From: a virus
IMG/VR virus record: IMGVR_UViG_3300045391_004889
Location: 43,986-107,985 of that record
Direction: 5' to 3' (one strand)
Length of the DNA stretch: 64,000 nucleotides
The notes under the pieces were generated by a model that had not been told where the DNA came from, made no database searches, and saw only the letters and a program-made list of their open reading frames with translations. Positions 9,949 to 20,583 of this stretch are shown here, piece after piece. Each line of letters opens with the position of its first letter. The stretch's first letter is position 1. The translations under genes were made by a program, and so were the position numbers.

Positions 9949-11385
9949 GTGGCTTACCCCACGATCACTGAGAAGTACGGGTCACTCTCCGCGACGGGCT
10001 TCGCCAAGGAAGCCGTGTTCGGGACGCCCGTCGCCGCCAACACGTTCCTCCCCATGATGAGCAACACCATGGAGGAGGACCCAGGGTGGTTCGCGCCGCA
10101 CCTGATGCAGAACGTGCGCGACCTTCAGATCTACAACCTCTACGGTGAGGCGAAGTTCCAGGGCACGATCCACGGCCCGATCTTCCCGTCCAACGCCATC
10201 GAGGTCATGGTCGCCTCCATCGGTGCCGACTCGATCGCCGGCTGGGGTGTCTACGGCACCGTGGCCACCCCCACCACGACCACGAGCACCGCGTCGATCA
10301 CGGCCGGCGCCACGACCGTCACGGTCACGAGCCCCACCGGCTTCGCGGTCGGTCAGCAGATCATCGTCGACACGACCGGTTACCCGGAGGCGCGTCTCAT
10401 CTCGGACGTCACCGGCAGCGTGATCACCGTCGCCGACGCGTTCGGCTACGCTCACGCGAGCGGCGTTACCGTCGTGACCGGCACGACCACCACGCTCAGC
10501 GCCCCGTCCCTGGTGAACGACACCACGGTCACGGTCACCTCCGCCACCGGCATCGTCATCGGTTCGATCATCCAGGTCGACGTCAACTCGGTGTCAGGTG
10601 TCAAGACGTCGGAGGTCCGCAAGGTCACCGGCGTCGCGACCAACACGCTCACCCTGGACGCGGCGCTGAACTACGCGCACGCCAGCGCCGCACAGGTCAC
10701 CCTGGTCACCAACCCGTACACCCACACGCTCAACGAGCAGAACACGCTGCCTTCGCTGACGGTGGAGAAGAACATCGGTGGCTTCCAGTCGCTGCAGTTC
10801 GCGGGGTGCCGCGCCAACAAGTTCGACCTGAAGGCGCCGGTCGGCAACACCGCGGTCGAGATGAGCATGGAGATGATCGGTCGCTCGGTGGCCGTCCTGG
10901 ACAGCCCGACGGCTGTCACGGTGGCCAACGAGATGCCGTTCGTCTTCGCGGAGGCGAACCTCAACGTCTTCGGCACGCTTCGCACCGAGGTCAGCAACAC
11001 CACGGTCTCGATCGAGAACGGGATGAAGGAGACGTACACGTACTCCAACTTCCACGGTCCCTCGTTCATCACCCCGGTGACGCTGCACACCAGCGGCAGC
11101 ATCGACGTCGTGTTCGACAGCCTCGACGACGCCACCTACGGTGACTTCGAGAAGATGGCGAACGGCACCCTCGGCGCGTACCAGTTCAAGTTGGTCCACC
11201 CCGACGGCAGCTCGGTGATCACGATCAACCAGCCGCAGGTCGTGCTCAACAAGTTCGCCAACGACCTCAAGGTCGAGGACGTGGTCATGTCCACGATGAC
11301 CTATGAGGCCAGCCGCCCGCTCTCGGGCGCCACGCAGTACACCATCCAGGCCACGGTCGCCAACGCCGTGTACCTGCCATACTAA
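9949..11385 (+). CDS. major tail tube protein with two inserted tandem beta modules
   Basis: AAGGAGG RBS; GFAKEAVFGTPV N-terminus, LPSLTVEK; upstream of chaperones and tape measure. Confidence 0.8.
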   Translation: MAYPTITEKYGSLSATGFAKEAVFGTPVAANTFLPMMSNTMEEDPGWFAPHLMQNVRDLQIYNLYGEAKFQGTIHGPIFPSNAIEVMVASIGADSIAGWGVYGTVATPTTTTSTASITAGATTVTVTSPTGFAVGQQIIVDTTGYPEARLISDVTGSVITVADAFGYAHASGVTVVTGTTTTLSAPSLVNDTTVTVTSATGIVIGSIIQVDVNSVSGVKTSEVRKVTGVATNTLTLDAALNYAHASAAQVTLVTNPYTHTLNEQNTLPSLTVEKNIGGFQSLQFAGCRANKFDLKAPVGNTAVEMSMEMIGRSVAVLDSPTAVTVANEMPFVFAEANLNVFGTLRTEVSNTTVSIENGMKETYTYSNFHGPSFITPVTLHTSGSIDVVFDSLDDATYGDFEKMANGTLGAYQFKLVHPDGSSVITINQPQVVLNKFANDLKVEDVVMSTMTYEASRPLSGATQYTIQATVANAVYLPY

Positions 11386-11403
11386 GCAAGGAATGAGGCT
11401 GCG

Positions 11404-11910
11404 ATGGGCTTCCTCTCCGCGTACAGCGCGACTCGCAGGGTGGACATCGGTGACCCCGCTCGGGGCTACTGGATCGAGCTCCGGGAGTACATCTCCCAGG
11501 GTGCCAAGACCGAGGCTGAGCGTGCCCTTCAGGGCCGCAGTCGGGTGAACGGGGGTGACGTCGTCATGGACATGGACGTTGCTCGCTACCGTCAGCTGAT
11601 GGTCACCGCCTCCATCTCCGACTGGAACCTGGACGACGACAACGGCAAGATCTGGCCGATCAACGCTCAGAGCGTCCAGCGCATCCCTGGTCCTGAGTTC
11701 GACCGGCTGTGGTCCATCGTCGATGAGCTGAACACCCCGGTGTCCAGCGAGGAGCAGCGTCAGTTTCCTGGTGGCGGCGTCGACGGCGATCAGGGCGGGA
11801 CGGCTAGGGACGGGGAGCCCGCGGTCACTGGGGACGTTCTGGCTCCGGGAGCAGCTGTGGCAGCGCCTTGGCATGAAGCTGGAGGAGCTGGAGCAGCTCC
11901 CGTGGCGTGA
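11404..11910 (+). CDS. tail assembly chaperone (gpG-like)
   Basis: Between tail tube and tape measure; ISDWNL motif. Confidence 0.75.
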   Translation: MGFLSAYSATRRVDIGDPARGYWIELREYISQGAKTEAERALQGRSRVNGGDVVMDMDVARYRQLMVTASISDWNLDDDNGKIWPINAQSVQRIPGPEFDRLWSIVDELNTPVSSEEQRQFPGGGVDGDQGGTARDGEPAVTGDVLAPGAAVAAPWHEAGGAGAAPVA

Positions 11911-12007
11911 GGTGAGTGACTACCTGACCTACCTCCAGCTGACCACCCGCGAGGAGCAGATGCAGCAGGAGCGTGCCCAGAAGGGGGTGCAGCATGGCGG
12001 GCGGTGA
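11765..12007 (+). CDS. gpT-like extension reached by a probable +1 frameshift
   Basis: +1 frame open from TTT-CCT at 11764; encodes LGMKLEELEQLPWREV, typical of gpT segments. Confidence 0.65.
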   Translation, partial: FLVAASTAIRAGRLGTGSPRSLGTFWLREQLWQRLGMKLEELEQLPWREVSDYLTYLQLTTREEQMQQERAQKGVQHGGR

Positions 12008-14858
12008 GGCGTTCACGATCCTGGCCATTCTGGAGGCGCGAGATCGCATCTCCGGGGTGATGAACCGGGTTGACGCGACTCTCGATCGGTTTGCTGGCAC
12101 CTCCGAGCGGGCGGCTGAGTCTGCTCGGGTGGCCGGTACGGCCATCGACGAGAGTCTTCTGCAGACCGCATCCGGTGCCGACGCGGCTCAAGTCGCGTCG
12201 GCTCGGTTGGAGGCGGCACGCACCCGCTTGCGCATCGCCACGATGGAGCAGGCGGGTGCGGAGCGGGAACTGCTGACGGTCCAGCGTGACATGCTCGTCA
12301 CCGGTGGCAACAACACCGCGGTCATGGAGCGACAGTCAGCTGCAGCTGCGCGTATGGCTGCCGCGGAGCGTGACGCCGCGGTGGCTTCACGTGAGCTGGC
12401 TGCGGCTGAGGCTCGACAGACGGCCGTCGGTGACGCGATGACCGGCTCCACGACGCGCGCGGGTGCCAGCACGGCGGCTGCGGGAAGTGCCGCAGCCGCC
12501 GGCAGCAGCGGCTTCAAGACGGCCACCAAGTCGATGCTCGGCATCGGCATCGCAGCCGGTGCGATCGTCTACGCGTCACTCAAGGCAGCCACCAGCTTCC
12601 AGACCCTCAGCACGCGTTTGGTCACCTCCGCGGGTGAGTCACGCAGCGCGCTCAAGGGCGTGGAGCAGGGCATGATCCAGATCTCCAACGAGACTGGCGT
12701 CATGGCCAACGACGTCGCGAAGAACATGTACGTCGTTGAGTCGGGTGGCTACCACGGTGCCGCCGGTCTCGAGGTGCTCAGGGCAGCCACCGAGGGTGCC
12801 AAGATCGAGGGCGCGGAGTTTGGCACCGTCGCCAACGCCGTCACCGACGTCTTGAACGACTACCACCTGTCCGCCAACAAGTCAGCTGACGTCACCAGCC
12901 AGCTGGTCAAGGCGGTCTCATACGGTAAGACGAACTTCCAGCTGCTGTCCAGCTCGATGGCCAACGTGCTGCCGCTGGCCGGCTCGCTCGGCATCAAGAT
13001 GAACGACGTCGTCGGCATCCTGGCCAACATGACCGCTCACGGTATGACGGCCGCGCGAGCCTCGTTCAACATCGCCAACGCCATGCGTTCCCTGTCCGCG
13101 CCCACGAACGTGATGGGCAAGGAGCTCAAGCTCTTCGGTTTGACCGCTCACGACGTCCAGGCCAGCCTCGGCACCCGTGGCCTGGCAGGCACGATGCAGT
13201 GGCTGTCTCAGGTGGCCAAGGACGGCGCGCCCAAGGTCGGGCAGACGTACAACGAGGCGCTGAAGAAGCTGATGGGTACCGCCACCGGCTTCACGACCGC
13301 TCTCATGTCCACCGGTGAGAACACCAACAAGGTCAACGAGGCGATCAAGGGCATCGGTGAGGCGTCCGCCGACGCGAACGGCAACGTGGAGGGCTTCAGC
13401 GACACGCAGAAGACCCTGGCCTTCCAGCTCGACAAGGCGAAGGCTGCCATCCACAACGCCGGTATCGCGATCGGCACCGCGTTCCTGCCTGCGATCACGA
13501 AGATCGCGACGGAAGTCGCCAAGCTCGCCGGTCCGATGGCCAACTGGATCGAACACCACAAGAAGCTGACCACGTACGTACTGGGTGCGGCAATCGCACT
13601 TGGGTTGCTGGCTGGCGCGATCATGGTGATCGGCGCGATCATCGGTGCGTTGACCAGCATGGTGGGTCTCGTCGTGCTTGCGATTGTCGCACTCGGTGCC
13701 GCGTTGATCTACGCCTACAACCACTCCGCACGGTTCCGGCAGATCGTGCAGACGGTTGGTCAGGCCCTGAAGGTGGCCTGGGATGCCACCATCAAGGCCG
13801 TCGCGGTCACCATCAACTGGTTCTCCAAGAACGTCGTTCCAGGCATCACGAAGGCCATCAGTGCCGTCTTCGCGTGGTTCAGCGGACACAGCAAGACCTT
13901 CACCGGCGCGTGGAACAGCGTGTTCGGCGCGATCCAGAGTGCTGCTCAGTGGTTCAAGACCAACGTCCTGGACTGGATCCAGGCTCGCATCAACGACCTC
14001 GTGACGTGGTTCAAGAGCCACAGCGAGGAGATCGAGCAGATCTGGCACGTGATGTGGGACGTCATCAAGACGGCGGCTCAGGTCTGGTGGGACGGCTTCA
14101 AGACCATCCTCGCGGTCGTGCTGGCCGGCTGGAAGACCACCTGGGGCATCATCAAGGACACGGTGAAGCTCGTCTGGGGTGTCATCAGCGACACGATCTC
14201 CATGGCGATGCACACCATCCTCAACATCATCGGTGTCATCCTGGACCTGATCACCGGTCACTGGGGCAAGGCGTGGAAGGACGTCAAGAAGCTCGTCAGT
14301 CAGGGCATCCACGACGTCATCAAGACGATCACGGACCTCACGAGCAACTTCGGCACGCTGCTGTATGACGCCGGTCGTAACGTGATCAAGGGTCTCGTGA
14401 GCGGCATCAAGTCCATGGTCGGCAACGTCAAGGACGCGATCGGCAGTGTCACCAGTACGATCAAGAACCACCTTCCTTGGTCTCCTGCGAAGGAAGGTCC
14501 GCTTTCTGGTGGTGGTGCGCCTGAGATCGGCGGTGCGAACATCACGAAGCTGCTCGCGAAGGGTATCCTGAGCGGCAAGGCCAACGTCAAGGCGGCCATG
14601 TCTCAGGTGACCGGTGCGGCTCTCGGTCCGACGGGTGTCGGTCCCATCGGTGCCGGGGGTGCGATCCCGGGTATGCCACTGGGTATCAACCTGCCGATCG
14701 GCGCGACACGTGGAACTGGCAATGTTCTCGTGATGCAGTTCGACTTCAAGGGTGCCCAGGTCATGGGAGAGCAGGCGATGGATCAGCTGGCGGACAAGGT
14801 GGGTCGCCGTGTGGCGACGCGCATCCTGCCAGCCGGTGGCGTCAAGATCAGGATGTGA
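11994..14858 (+). CDS. tape measure protein
   Basis: ~954 aa, Ala-rich, TP901-like core, Trp-periodic repeats, SPAKEGPLS motif. Confidence 0.9.
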   Translation: MAGGEAFTILAILEARDRISGVMNRVDATLDRFAGTSERAAESARVAGTAIDESLLQTASGADAAQVASARLEAARTRLRIATMEQAGAERELLTVQRDMLVTGGNNTAVMERQSAAAARMAAAERDAAVASRELAAAEARQTAVGDAMTGSTTRAGASTAAAGSAAAAGSSGFKTATKSMLGIGIAAGAIVYASLKAATSFQTLSTRLVTSAGESRSALKGVEQGMIQISNETGVMANDVAKNMYVVESGGYHGAAGLEVLRAATEGAKIEGAEFGTVANAVTDVLNDYHLSANKSADVTSQLVKAVSYGKTNFQLLSSSMANVLPLAGSLGIKMNDVVGILANMTAHGMTAARASFNIANAMRSLSAPTNVMGKELKLFGLTAHDVQASLGTRGLAGTMQWLSQVAKDGAPKVGQTYNEALKKLMGTATGFTTALMSTGENTNKVNEAIKGIGEASADANGNVEGFSDTQKTLAFQLDKAKAAIHNAGIAIGTAFLPAITKIATEVAKLAGPMANWIEHHKKLTTYVLGAAIALGLLAGAIMVIGAIIGALTSMVGLVVLAIVALGAALIYAYNHSARFRQIVQTVGQALKVAWDATIKAVAVTINWFSKNVVPGITKAISAVFAWFSGHSKTFTGAWNSVFGAIQSAAQWFKTNVLDWIQARINDLVTWFKSHSEEIEQIWHVMWDVIKTAAQVWWDGFKTILAVVLAGWKTTWGIIKDTVKLVWGVISDTISMAMHTILNIIGVILDLITGHWGKAWKDVKKLVSQGIHDVIKTITDLTSNFGTLLYDAGRNVIKGLVSGIKSMVGNVKDAIGSVTSTIKNHLPWSPAKEGPLSGGGAPEIGGANITKLLAKGILSGKANVKAAMSQVTGAALGPTGVGPIGAGGAIPGMPLGINLPIGATRGTGNVLVMQFDFKGAQVMGEQAMDQLADKVGRRVATRILPAGGVKIRM

Positions 14859-14861
14859 CAG

Positions 14862-16259
14862 ATGGCAATCGCGCACCCGGATCTCACGTTCACCGTCACC
14901 CCACCGGGTGGATCCACGGTGGACTACACCGACAAGCTGGCGTGGTCTGGTACCGAGAACCAGATGTCGATCACGCAGAACTTCGGCCGCCAGGGCGACA
15001 CGGGAGTGTTCGTCCTGGTGGACGAGTATGTGACGACGCCATCTGTGGTCATCCCGGTGCTCAGCCAGGTGAAGCTGACCGACAACACCGCCGGCCAGGT
15101 GCTCTTCGCCGGCGTGTGCAACGACCCGATCCTCGACGTCACGAGCCCGACTCGTAACGAGTGGAACCTGCAGTGCACCGACTACACGTTCTACATGGAC
15201 AACAAGGTGGTGCACGGCAACTTCTACGGGAAGACCACGGACCAGATCGTGGTCTCCCTGGTTGCCCAAGCCAGCTGTGGTGTCACCGCAGCCACCGTCG
15301 CAAACGGTGGCTACGTCGCTCCCGGTCCACAGATCGCCAGCTTCGAGCTGAATTACACCAGCCTCTCCTCGGCGCTTCGTAAGCTGTCTCAGCTGGCCGG
15401 CATCGTGACACCGTTCGGGTGGTACGTGGACGAGCTGCGGCAGCTCCACTTCTTTGACGCCAGCACCGCGTCATCCACGGGTGTTACCTTCACCACGACT
15501 CCCACCGCCTCAGGTGGCGGGTCACTCACCGAGGGTCACTTCGCGGTGGGCAACAACTTCGGCTACGAGTGGGACGGCACGACGGTTCACAACCGCATCC
15601 TGGTTCAGGGTGCGGATCAGACCATCGGTCACACCACAGTTCCCACCGGCACCCCCACCGACACGTGGAGGTCGAATGGGGTGCAGCACTCATGGCCGCT
15701 GCGGCACACCCCGTCCGGCAACCTTTCACTGCGGGTAGGAAGCAAGTCCACCGCGGTTGACCAGGTGGAAGCAGGCAGCACGTCCACCTCCACGTGGCAG
15801 GTTGCGCAAAACGCCAACGGTCAGTGGTTTCTCAACACGACCGGTACGGTACCTGCCAACGGCATCACCATCAAGCTGTGGTACGATTACCGGGTGCCTG
15901 TGGTGGCGCAAGCCAATGACTTCGCCTCTCAGACACTCTACGCCGGTCCGAACGGTGGCGTCTACGAGGAGTTCATCAACGACTCCTCGCTGTTCACCGT
16001 ACCGATGGCGCTCAACCGCGCACAGCGTGAGCGTCAGGAGTACGCGTTCGCCGCCGAACGCATCACCTTCACCTCCACCGAGGAGTTCCTCGGCTGGGTG
16101 CGAGCAGGCGACGCCATTACCGTGGTGAACCAGTTCATCCCGGACGCGCAGAACAACTACAGCATCGGCATCAACGACCTGTTCTTGATCATCAGCAACT
16201 CGATTACGTTCACCGTGGGTGGGTATCGCAACTTGCAGATCACCGCCATTCGAATCTAG
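14862..16259 (+). CDS. minor tail / baseplate hub protein
   Basis: Follows tape measure; WYVDELRQLHF hub-like motif. Confidence 0.65.
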   Translation: MAIAHPDLTFTVTPPGGSTVDYTDKLAWSGTENQMSITQNFGRQGDTGVFVLVDEYVTTPSVVIPVLSQVKLTDNTAGQVLFAGVCNDPILDVTSPTRNEWNLQCTDYTFYMDNKVVHGNFYGKTTDQIVVSLVAQASCGVTAATVANGGYVAPGPQIASFELNYTSLSSALRKLSQLAGIVTPFGWYVDELRQLHFFDASTASSTGVTFTTTPTASGGGSLTEGHFAVGNNFGYEWDGTTVHNRILVQGADQTIGHTTVPTGTPTDTWRSNGVQHSWPLRHTPSGNLSLRVGSKSTAVDQVEAGSTSTSTWQVAQNANGQWFLNTTGTVPANGITIKLWYDYRVPVVAQANDFASQTLYAGPNGGVYEEFINDSSLFTVPMALNRAQRERQEYAFAAERITFTSTEEFLGWVRAGDAITVVNQFIPDAQNNYSIGINDLFLIISNSITFTVGGYRNLQITAIRI

Positions 16260-16268
16260 GAGGTTGTC

Positions 16269-16478
16269 GTGCCAGGAGTGTTCCGGCCGTACAACCTGGT
16301 GGACGTGCTCGGTACGATGAACGAGCAGCTAACCGCGCCGGTTGGTGACGTGATCGACAGCTTCGGCTACTTCGCGGAGACGGATGAGGCGTTCGCGTTT
16401 GCCGACTCGATGACCACCACGGTGCAGGTCAACGCGGTGTACGACGCGGGAGTCTGGGGGTCATTCACGTGGGGCTGA
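16269..16478 (+). CDS. small tail-tip protein
   Basis: GGAGG RBS; aromatic C-terminus. Confidence 0.55.
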   Translation: MPGVFRPYNLVDVLGTMNEQLTAPVGDVIDSFGYFAETDEAFAFADSMTTTVQVNAVYDAGVWGSFTWG

Positions 16479-17017
16479 AGACGACGGCGCAAGCTGCCAT
16501 CGGAATCCACGGTCGTCTCTCCCTCACGGTGGTCAAGCCGGACGGCACCGTCCGAGATCGTCGTGAGGGTGACAACATCATGTGCACGGCCGGCCTGTCC
16601 GTGCTCGCGAGTGCCCTCGTATGGTCCGGAATCCAGGACCAGGCTGCCAACCAGGGAGTCACCCAGCCGACGTACCTCACGCCCCTCTGGGGCGCCGTGG
16701 GGTCTGGTACCGGGACAGTCGCAGCGTCCGACACCCTGCTCTTCGCGGAGCTGGGTCGCGTGATCGTCGGCGCGGGTGCGGCGTCACCCGCCACCTCGAC
16801 GATCCCGGCGCTGCTCACCTGGCTGTTCTACTTCCCCTCACCTGCCACCACCTGGGTCGTCACCGAGGCGGGTGTCTTCGCGAACGGCAGCTCCAGCGAC
16901 CTCAACGTGCAGACGGCCGGCACGTTGCTGGATCACTGGGCATTCTCGCCCAGCGTCACGGTACCGACCACTGACACCCTGATCCTGCAGGCCACCTTTA
17001 CGATCTCCGGGACGTGA
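16469..17017 (+). CDS. tail fibre-attachment / collar-like protein
   Basis: AVGSG....SDTLLFAELGR and TEAGVF motifs. Confidence 0.6.
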   Translation: MGLKTTAQAAIGIHGRLSLTVVKPDGTVRDRREGDNIMCTAGLSVLASALVWSGIQDQAANQGVTQPTYLTPLWGAVGSGTGTVAASDTLLFAELGRVIVGAGAASPATSTIPALLTWLFYFPSPATTWVVTEAGVFANGSSSDLNVQTAGTLLDHWAFSPSVTVPTTDTLILQATFTISGT

Positions 17018-17020
17018 TCA

Positions 17021-17779
17021 ATGGGGACCACCACGCCAGATTGGCTGGGCGCCGCACCCGGCTCACCCGGCCTGGCTGGCCAGGTGAACCAGTTTCTCGG
17101 TGATCACAACTCGGTGATCACGTACGGTGAGGTGCAGGCAAGCACTCAGGGCACCGGCGCCGCGGTGTATACGGGTACCGACACAAGCTACCTCGCGCAG
17201 CTGATCACCACCGCACCTGCTCAGACGAGCATCTCCTCGGTGGCGATTCAGCTCAGCACGGTGGGTGGCTCACCCGTCATCAACAACATCCCGAACCTCA
17301 CCATCAGCATCTTCGACAGCTTCAGCGGGGCACCCACCGGTGCGGCGCTTACCAGCGTGACGTTGACTGAGACCTACATCTACAGCTCGCCCTTCTGGGT
17401 GTCGGTGCCTCTCACCCTCGGTGGGCTGACCGGTGGCACCGACTACTTCATCGTGACCAGCATGGTTGGCACGTCCACCAATCTCTACGTCTGGCAACGA
17501 TCCACTCAGACGACAGGTGCGTTCACCTCCACCGATGAGGTCTCCTGGATTCCCGCCACATACGGGCTGATGTACCAGGTCAATGAGCCGGGTGGCTCGT
17601 CTACCACAGTGAAGCAGATCAACGAAGATGACGGTGCTCGTACCACGCAGTTCAGCTACGACGCTGACGATCAGCTGATCAGCCTGGTGCAATTCACCGC
17701 GACACAGGGTGGCTCAGGTTCCTTCCTGACCGCGCCCACCTTCACCTACACCAACGGTTTGATCACGGGAGTGAGCTGA
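17021..17779 (+). CDS. minor tail protein (paralog family A)
   Basis: PxW..G.P..VNQFLGDH N-terminus shared with 19813 and 21067. Confidence 0.65.
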   Translation: MGTTTPDWLGAAPGSPGLAGQVNQFLGDHNSVITYGEVQASTQGTGAAVYTGTDTSYLAQLITTAPAQTSISSVAIQLSTVGGSPVINNIPNLTISIFDSFSGAPTGAALTSVTLTETYIYSSPFWVSVPLTLGGLTGGTDYFIVTSMVGTSTNLYVWQRSTQTTGAFTSTDEVSWIPATYGLMYQVNEPGGSSTTVKQINEDDGARTTQFSYDADDQLISLVQFTATQGGSGSFLTAPTFTYTNGLITGVS

Positions 17780-19813
17780 ATGCCCTTCCTCGTCGGGTAC
17801 ATCACCCCGCAGGACTACGGTGCCGCAGGTGACGGAACCACGGATGACACCGCCGCCTTCCAAGCCGCAGCCACCGCGATCAACAACCTGGGCGGCGGCA
17901 CCCTCTTCGTCCCACCGTACTACAGCTACAAGCTGAACGGCACGATGCACCTGGGACCAAACACCACGGTCTCCGCGTACAACGCCTACATCTTCGCCGG
18001 CGCCGGTGCGGGTCAGGCGTTGATTGACAACTACCTGAATCAGACGTCGCCGACGGTGTACAACGGCAACGGCAACATCAACATCCTCGGTGGCATCTGG
18101 GACGCCAAGGGTCAGGTGTACACCACCGACTCAGCTGACACGTTCTTCTTCGCTCACGCTCGTCACATCCTTTGCAAGGACGTCACCTGGCGGAACACCC
18201 GTGGCTTCCACGCCATGGAGTACAACGCGATCGACAACGGCCAGGTGATCAACTGCCGGTTCGAGGGATACAGCACCGCAGGTGGCAGTGACCCCGGCGA
18301 GGCGTTCCAGGTTGATCTGGCGATCGCCGGCGCGGGTATGCCGGCCAACGACGGCACACTGTCTCAGAACATCACGATGGATGGTTGCTACGCGGGACCG
18401 GCCACCGACGGCTCAGGTCTCGGCGCACCCGGCGCCTTGATCGGCTCTCACTCCACGTCAGCGGGTAACACCTACCAGGGTGTGCGAGTGTTCAACTCGG
18501 TCGCCGACTCGTGTCTTCACTACGGCATCCACGTCTACAACTGGTCCAAGTGTGAGATCATCGGCAACACGATCTTGAACACCGGTGACGTCGGCATTCT
18601 CGTGGAGACGCAGAACACCGGCAACTACCAGCCGTACGCCATCAACGTGACCGGCAACAGCATCGTCGGTTCCACGAACTACGGCATCAACGTCAACGGT
18701 CAGGGTGCCTTCGCAGGCAACTTCGTGTCGGACATCGCGATCACCGGTAACACCATCCGTGACGTCACCGGTGCCACAGGCACGTCCGGCATCGGCATGT
18801 CGTTCACGCAGGGCGCCACGATCACCGGCAACACCGTGTACAACACGGTGACCAACGGCATCATGCTCAGCAACGACACCTACGTCACGGTCAACAGCAA
18901 CAACGTGCGCGGGGTGGCGACGGGCATCTCGGTCGCCGGTACCACGCAGACGCAGGTGACCGGCAACACCGTGCAGAACTGCACGTCGAACGGCATCTTC
19001 GTCGGCCAGACGGCCGGTGCGGTGAACACCTCGGACGTGTTGATCTCCGACAACGCGGTGGAGAACTGCTCGAACGCCGCGATCCGCGGCGGCACCAGCG
19101 CCACCGACATCATGGTCGTCAACAACAAGATCACTCAGGGCGCCAACGGCACGTTCGGCATCGAGCTCGTCTCCACCAACACCGGCTGGGCTGTGTGGGA
19201 CAACTGGCTGGATGGCACCTGGACCCTGGCCAACGCGCTCGCAGTGTTCAACACCACTACCAAGGTCACCGTCACCCCCGACGGTCGGTACGGGATCCGC
19301 GGCTCCAACTGGTGGGGTACCCAGCTCAACCCGACGTTGACCACGGCGACTGTTGCCAACACCGCGTCTGAGACTGTGGTCGGCACCTTCACCATTCCAG
19401 CCAACGACGCGCAGGCTGGTGGTGTCTATCGCATGGTGATGTACGGCACCGCCTCCTCGACGGGCACCCCCACCATCACGTTCCGAGTTCGCTTGGGCGG
19501 CGTCGCCGGTACGGCACTGGCTACCTTCGGTGCGATCACCACGTCCAGCGGGGCCAGCAACCAGGCTTGGCAGATGAGCACCAACCTCTTCGCCATCGCC
19601 CCCGGCTCGTCTGGCACCTACTCCGCGTTCTCCAGCTTGGCTCAGCAGATCGCCTCACCGACGGGTCTGGCCACCTCAAACACGATGACCAACGGCACGG
19701 TCACGGCCAACTCGACGACGAACCTCACCCTGGTCGTCACGGCGCAGTGGTCAGCTGCCAGCGCCTCGAACACCGTCTCCTCGACGGCCGGCCTGCTCTC
19801 CCGGGACTACTGA
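17780..19813 (+). CDS. tailspike / depolymerase, pectate-lyase-like beta-helix
   Basis: DYGAAGDGTTDDTAAFQAA start; many ITGNT..GI parallel beta-helix repeats. Confidence 0.85.
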   Translation: MPFLVGYITPQDYGAAGDGTTDDTAAFQAAATAINNLGGGTLFVPPYYSYKLNGTMHLGPNTTVSAYNAYIFAGAGAGQALIDNYLNQTSPTVYNGNGNINILGGIWDAKGQVYTTDSADTFFFAHARHILCKDVTWRNTRGFHAMEYNAIDNGQVINCRFEGYSTAGGSDPGEAFQVDLAIAGAGMPANDGTLSQNITMDGCYAGPATDGSGLGAPGALIGSHSTSAGNTYQGVRVFNSVADSCLHYGIHVYNWSKCEIIGNTILNTGDVGILVETQNTGNYQPYAINVTGNSIVGSTNYGINVNGQGAFAGNFVSDIAITGNTIRDVTGATGTSGIGMSFTQGATITGNTVYNTVTNGIMLSNDTYVTVNSNNVRGVATGISVAGTTQTQVTGNTVQNCTSNGIFVGQTAGAVNTSDVLISDNAVENCSNAAIRGGTSATDIMVVNNKITQGANGTFGIELVSTNTGWAVWDNWLDGTWTLANALAVFNTTTKVTVTPDGRYGIRGSNWWGTQLNPTLTTATVANTASETVVGTFTIPANDAQAGGVYRMVMYGTASSTGTPTITFRVRLGGVAGTALATFGAITTSSGASNQAWQMSTNLFAIAPGSSGTYSAFSSLAQQIASPTGLATSNTMTNGTVTANSTTNLTLVVTAQWSAASASNTVSSTAGLLSRDY

Positions 19814-20574
19814 TGTCGACGGCACCCACGTGGCAGGCACCCACCAGCGGGCAGCCGCCTCTCGCGAGCCACGTCAACCAGCTGCTTGGCGCGCACGCGT
19901 GTAATGTGATCTACAACGGGACGCAGACGTCTGGGCAGCTGACGTCCGGTGGCACCACCGTGTCCACCAATGGTCTGTGGCTGGCTCAATCATTCACGAC
20001 GGCAGCCGCGCAGACGACCATCGGTCACCTCAGTCTCTCACTGACGACCACGACGACCAGTGGTGCCTCGCTGGCGCCCACCACGGTGAGCATTCAAGCG
20101 AACAACGCCGGCGCCCCGTCCAACACGCCCCTGGTGTCGGTCACCATTCCCGCGGAGTACGCCAACATCGGAAGCGGTGGTGTCACCACCACTCGCATCA
20201 ACATTCCCACGTACGTCACCGGGCTCACGCCCAGCAGCACCTACTGGATCGTCGTGGCTGCGGCGGGTAACGTGAGCAACAGCTACACCGTGCATCAGTC
20301 GAACCAGGTGTCGGGTGCCTCCACGTCAACCAACGGCACGACGTGGACGGCACAGGCGTACGGCTTCACCTACGCGGTGCGAGACAACACGGTGTCGGGT
20401 GTGCCTCTGGGCACGCTCGAGGACGCTGGAGCGAGGTGGACATTTGCGTTGTATGACGCCTCACAACGTGTCACCGCCTACTATGAGTACACCGCTGGTC
20501 AGACGACGAGCGGTTACCTGTCTTCCAACCGCACGTACGTGTACAGCGGTTGGTTGCCGACCATCATCTCATAG
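19813..20574 (+). CDS. minor tail protein (paralog family A)
   Basis: TGATG coupling; similar to 17021 over its length. Confidence 0.65.
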   Translation: MSTAPTWQAPTSGQPPLASHVNQLLGAHACNVIYNGTQTSGQLTSGGTTVSTNGLWLAQSFTTAAAQTTIGHLSLSLTTTTTSGASLAPTTVSIQANNAGAPSNTPLVSVTIPAEYANIGSGGVTTTRINIPTYVTGLTPSSTYWIVVAAAGNVSNSYTVHQSNQVSGASTSTNGTTWTAQAYGFTYAVRDNTVSGVPLGTLEDAGARWTFALYDASQRVTAYYEYTAGQTTSGYLSSNRTYVYSGWLPTIIS

Positions 20575-20583
20575 GGAGAACAC

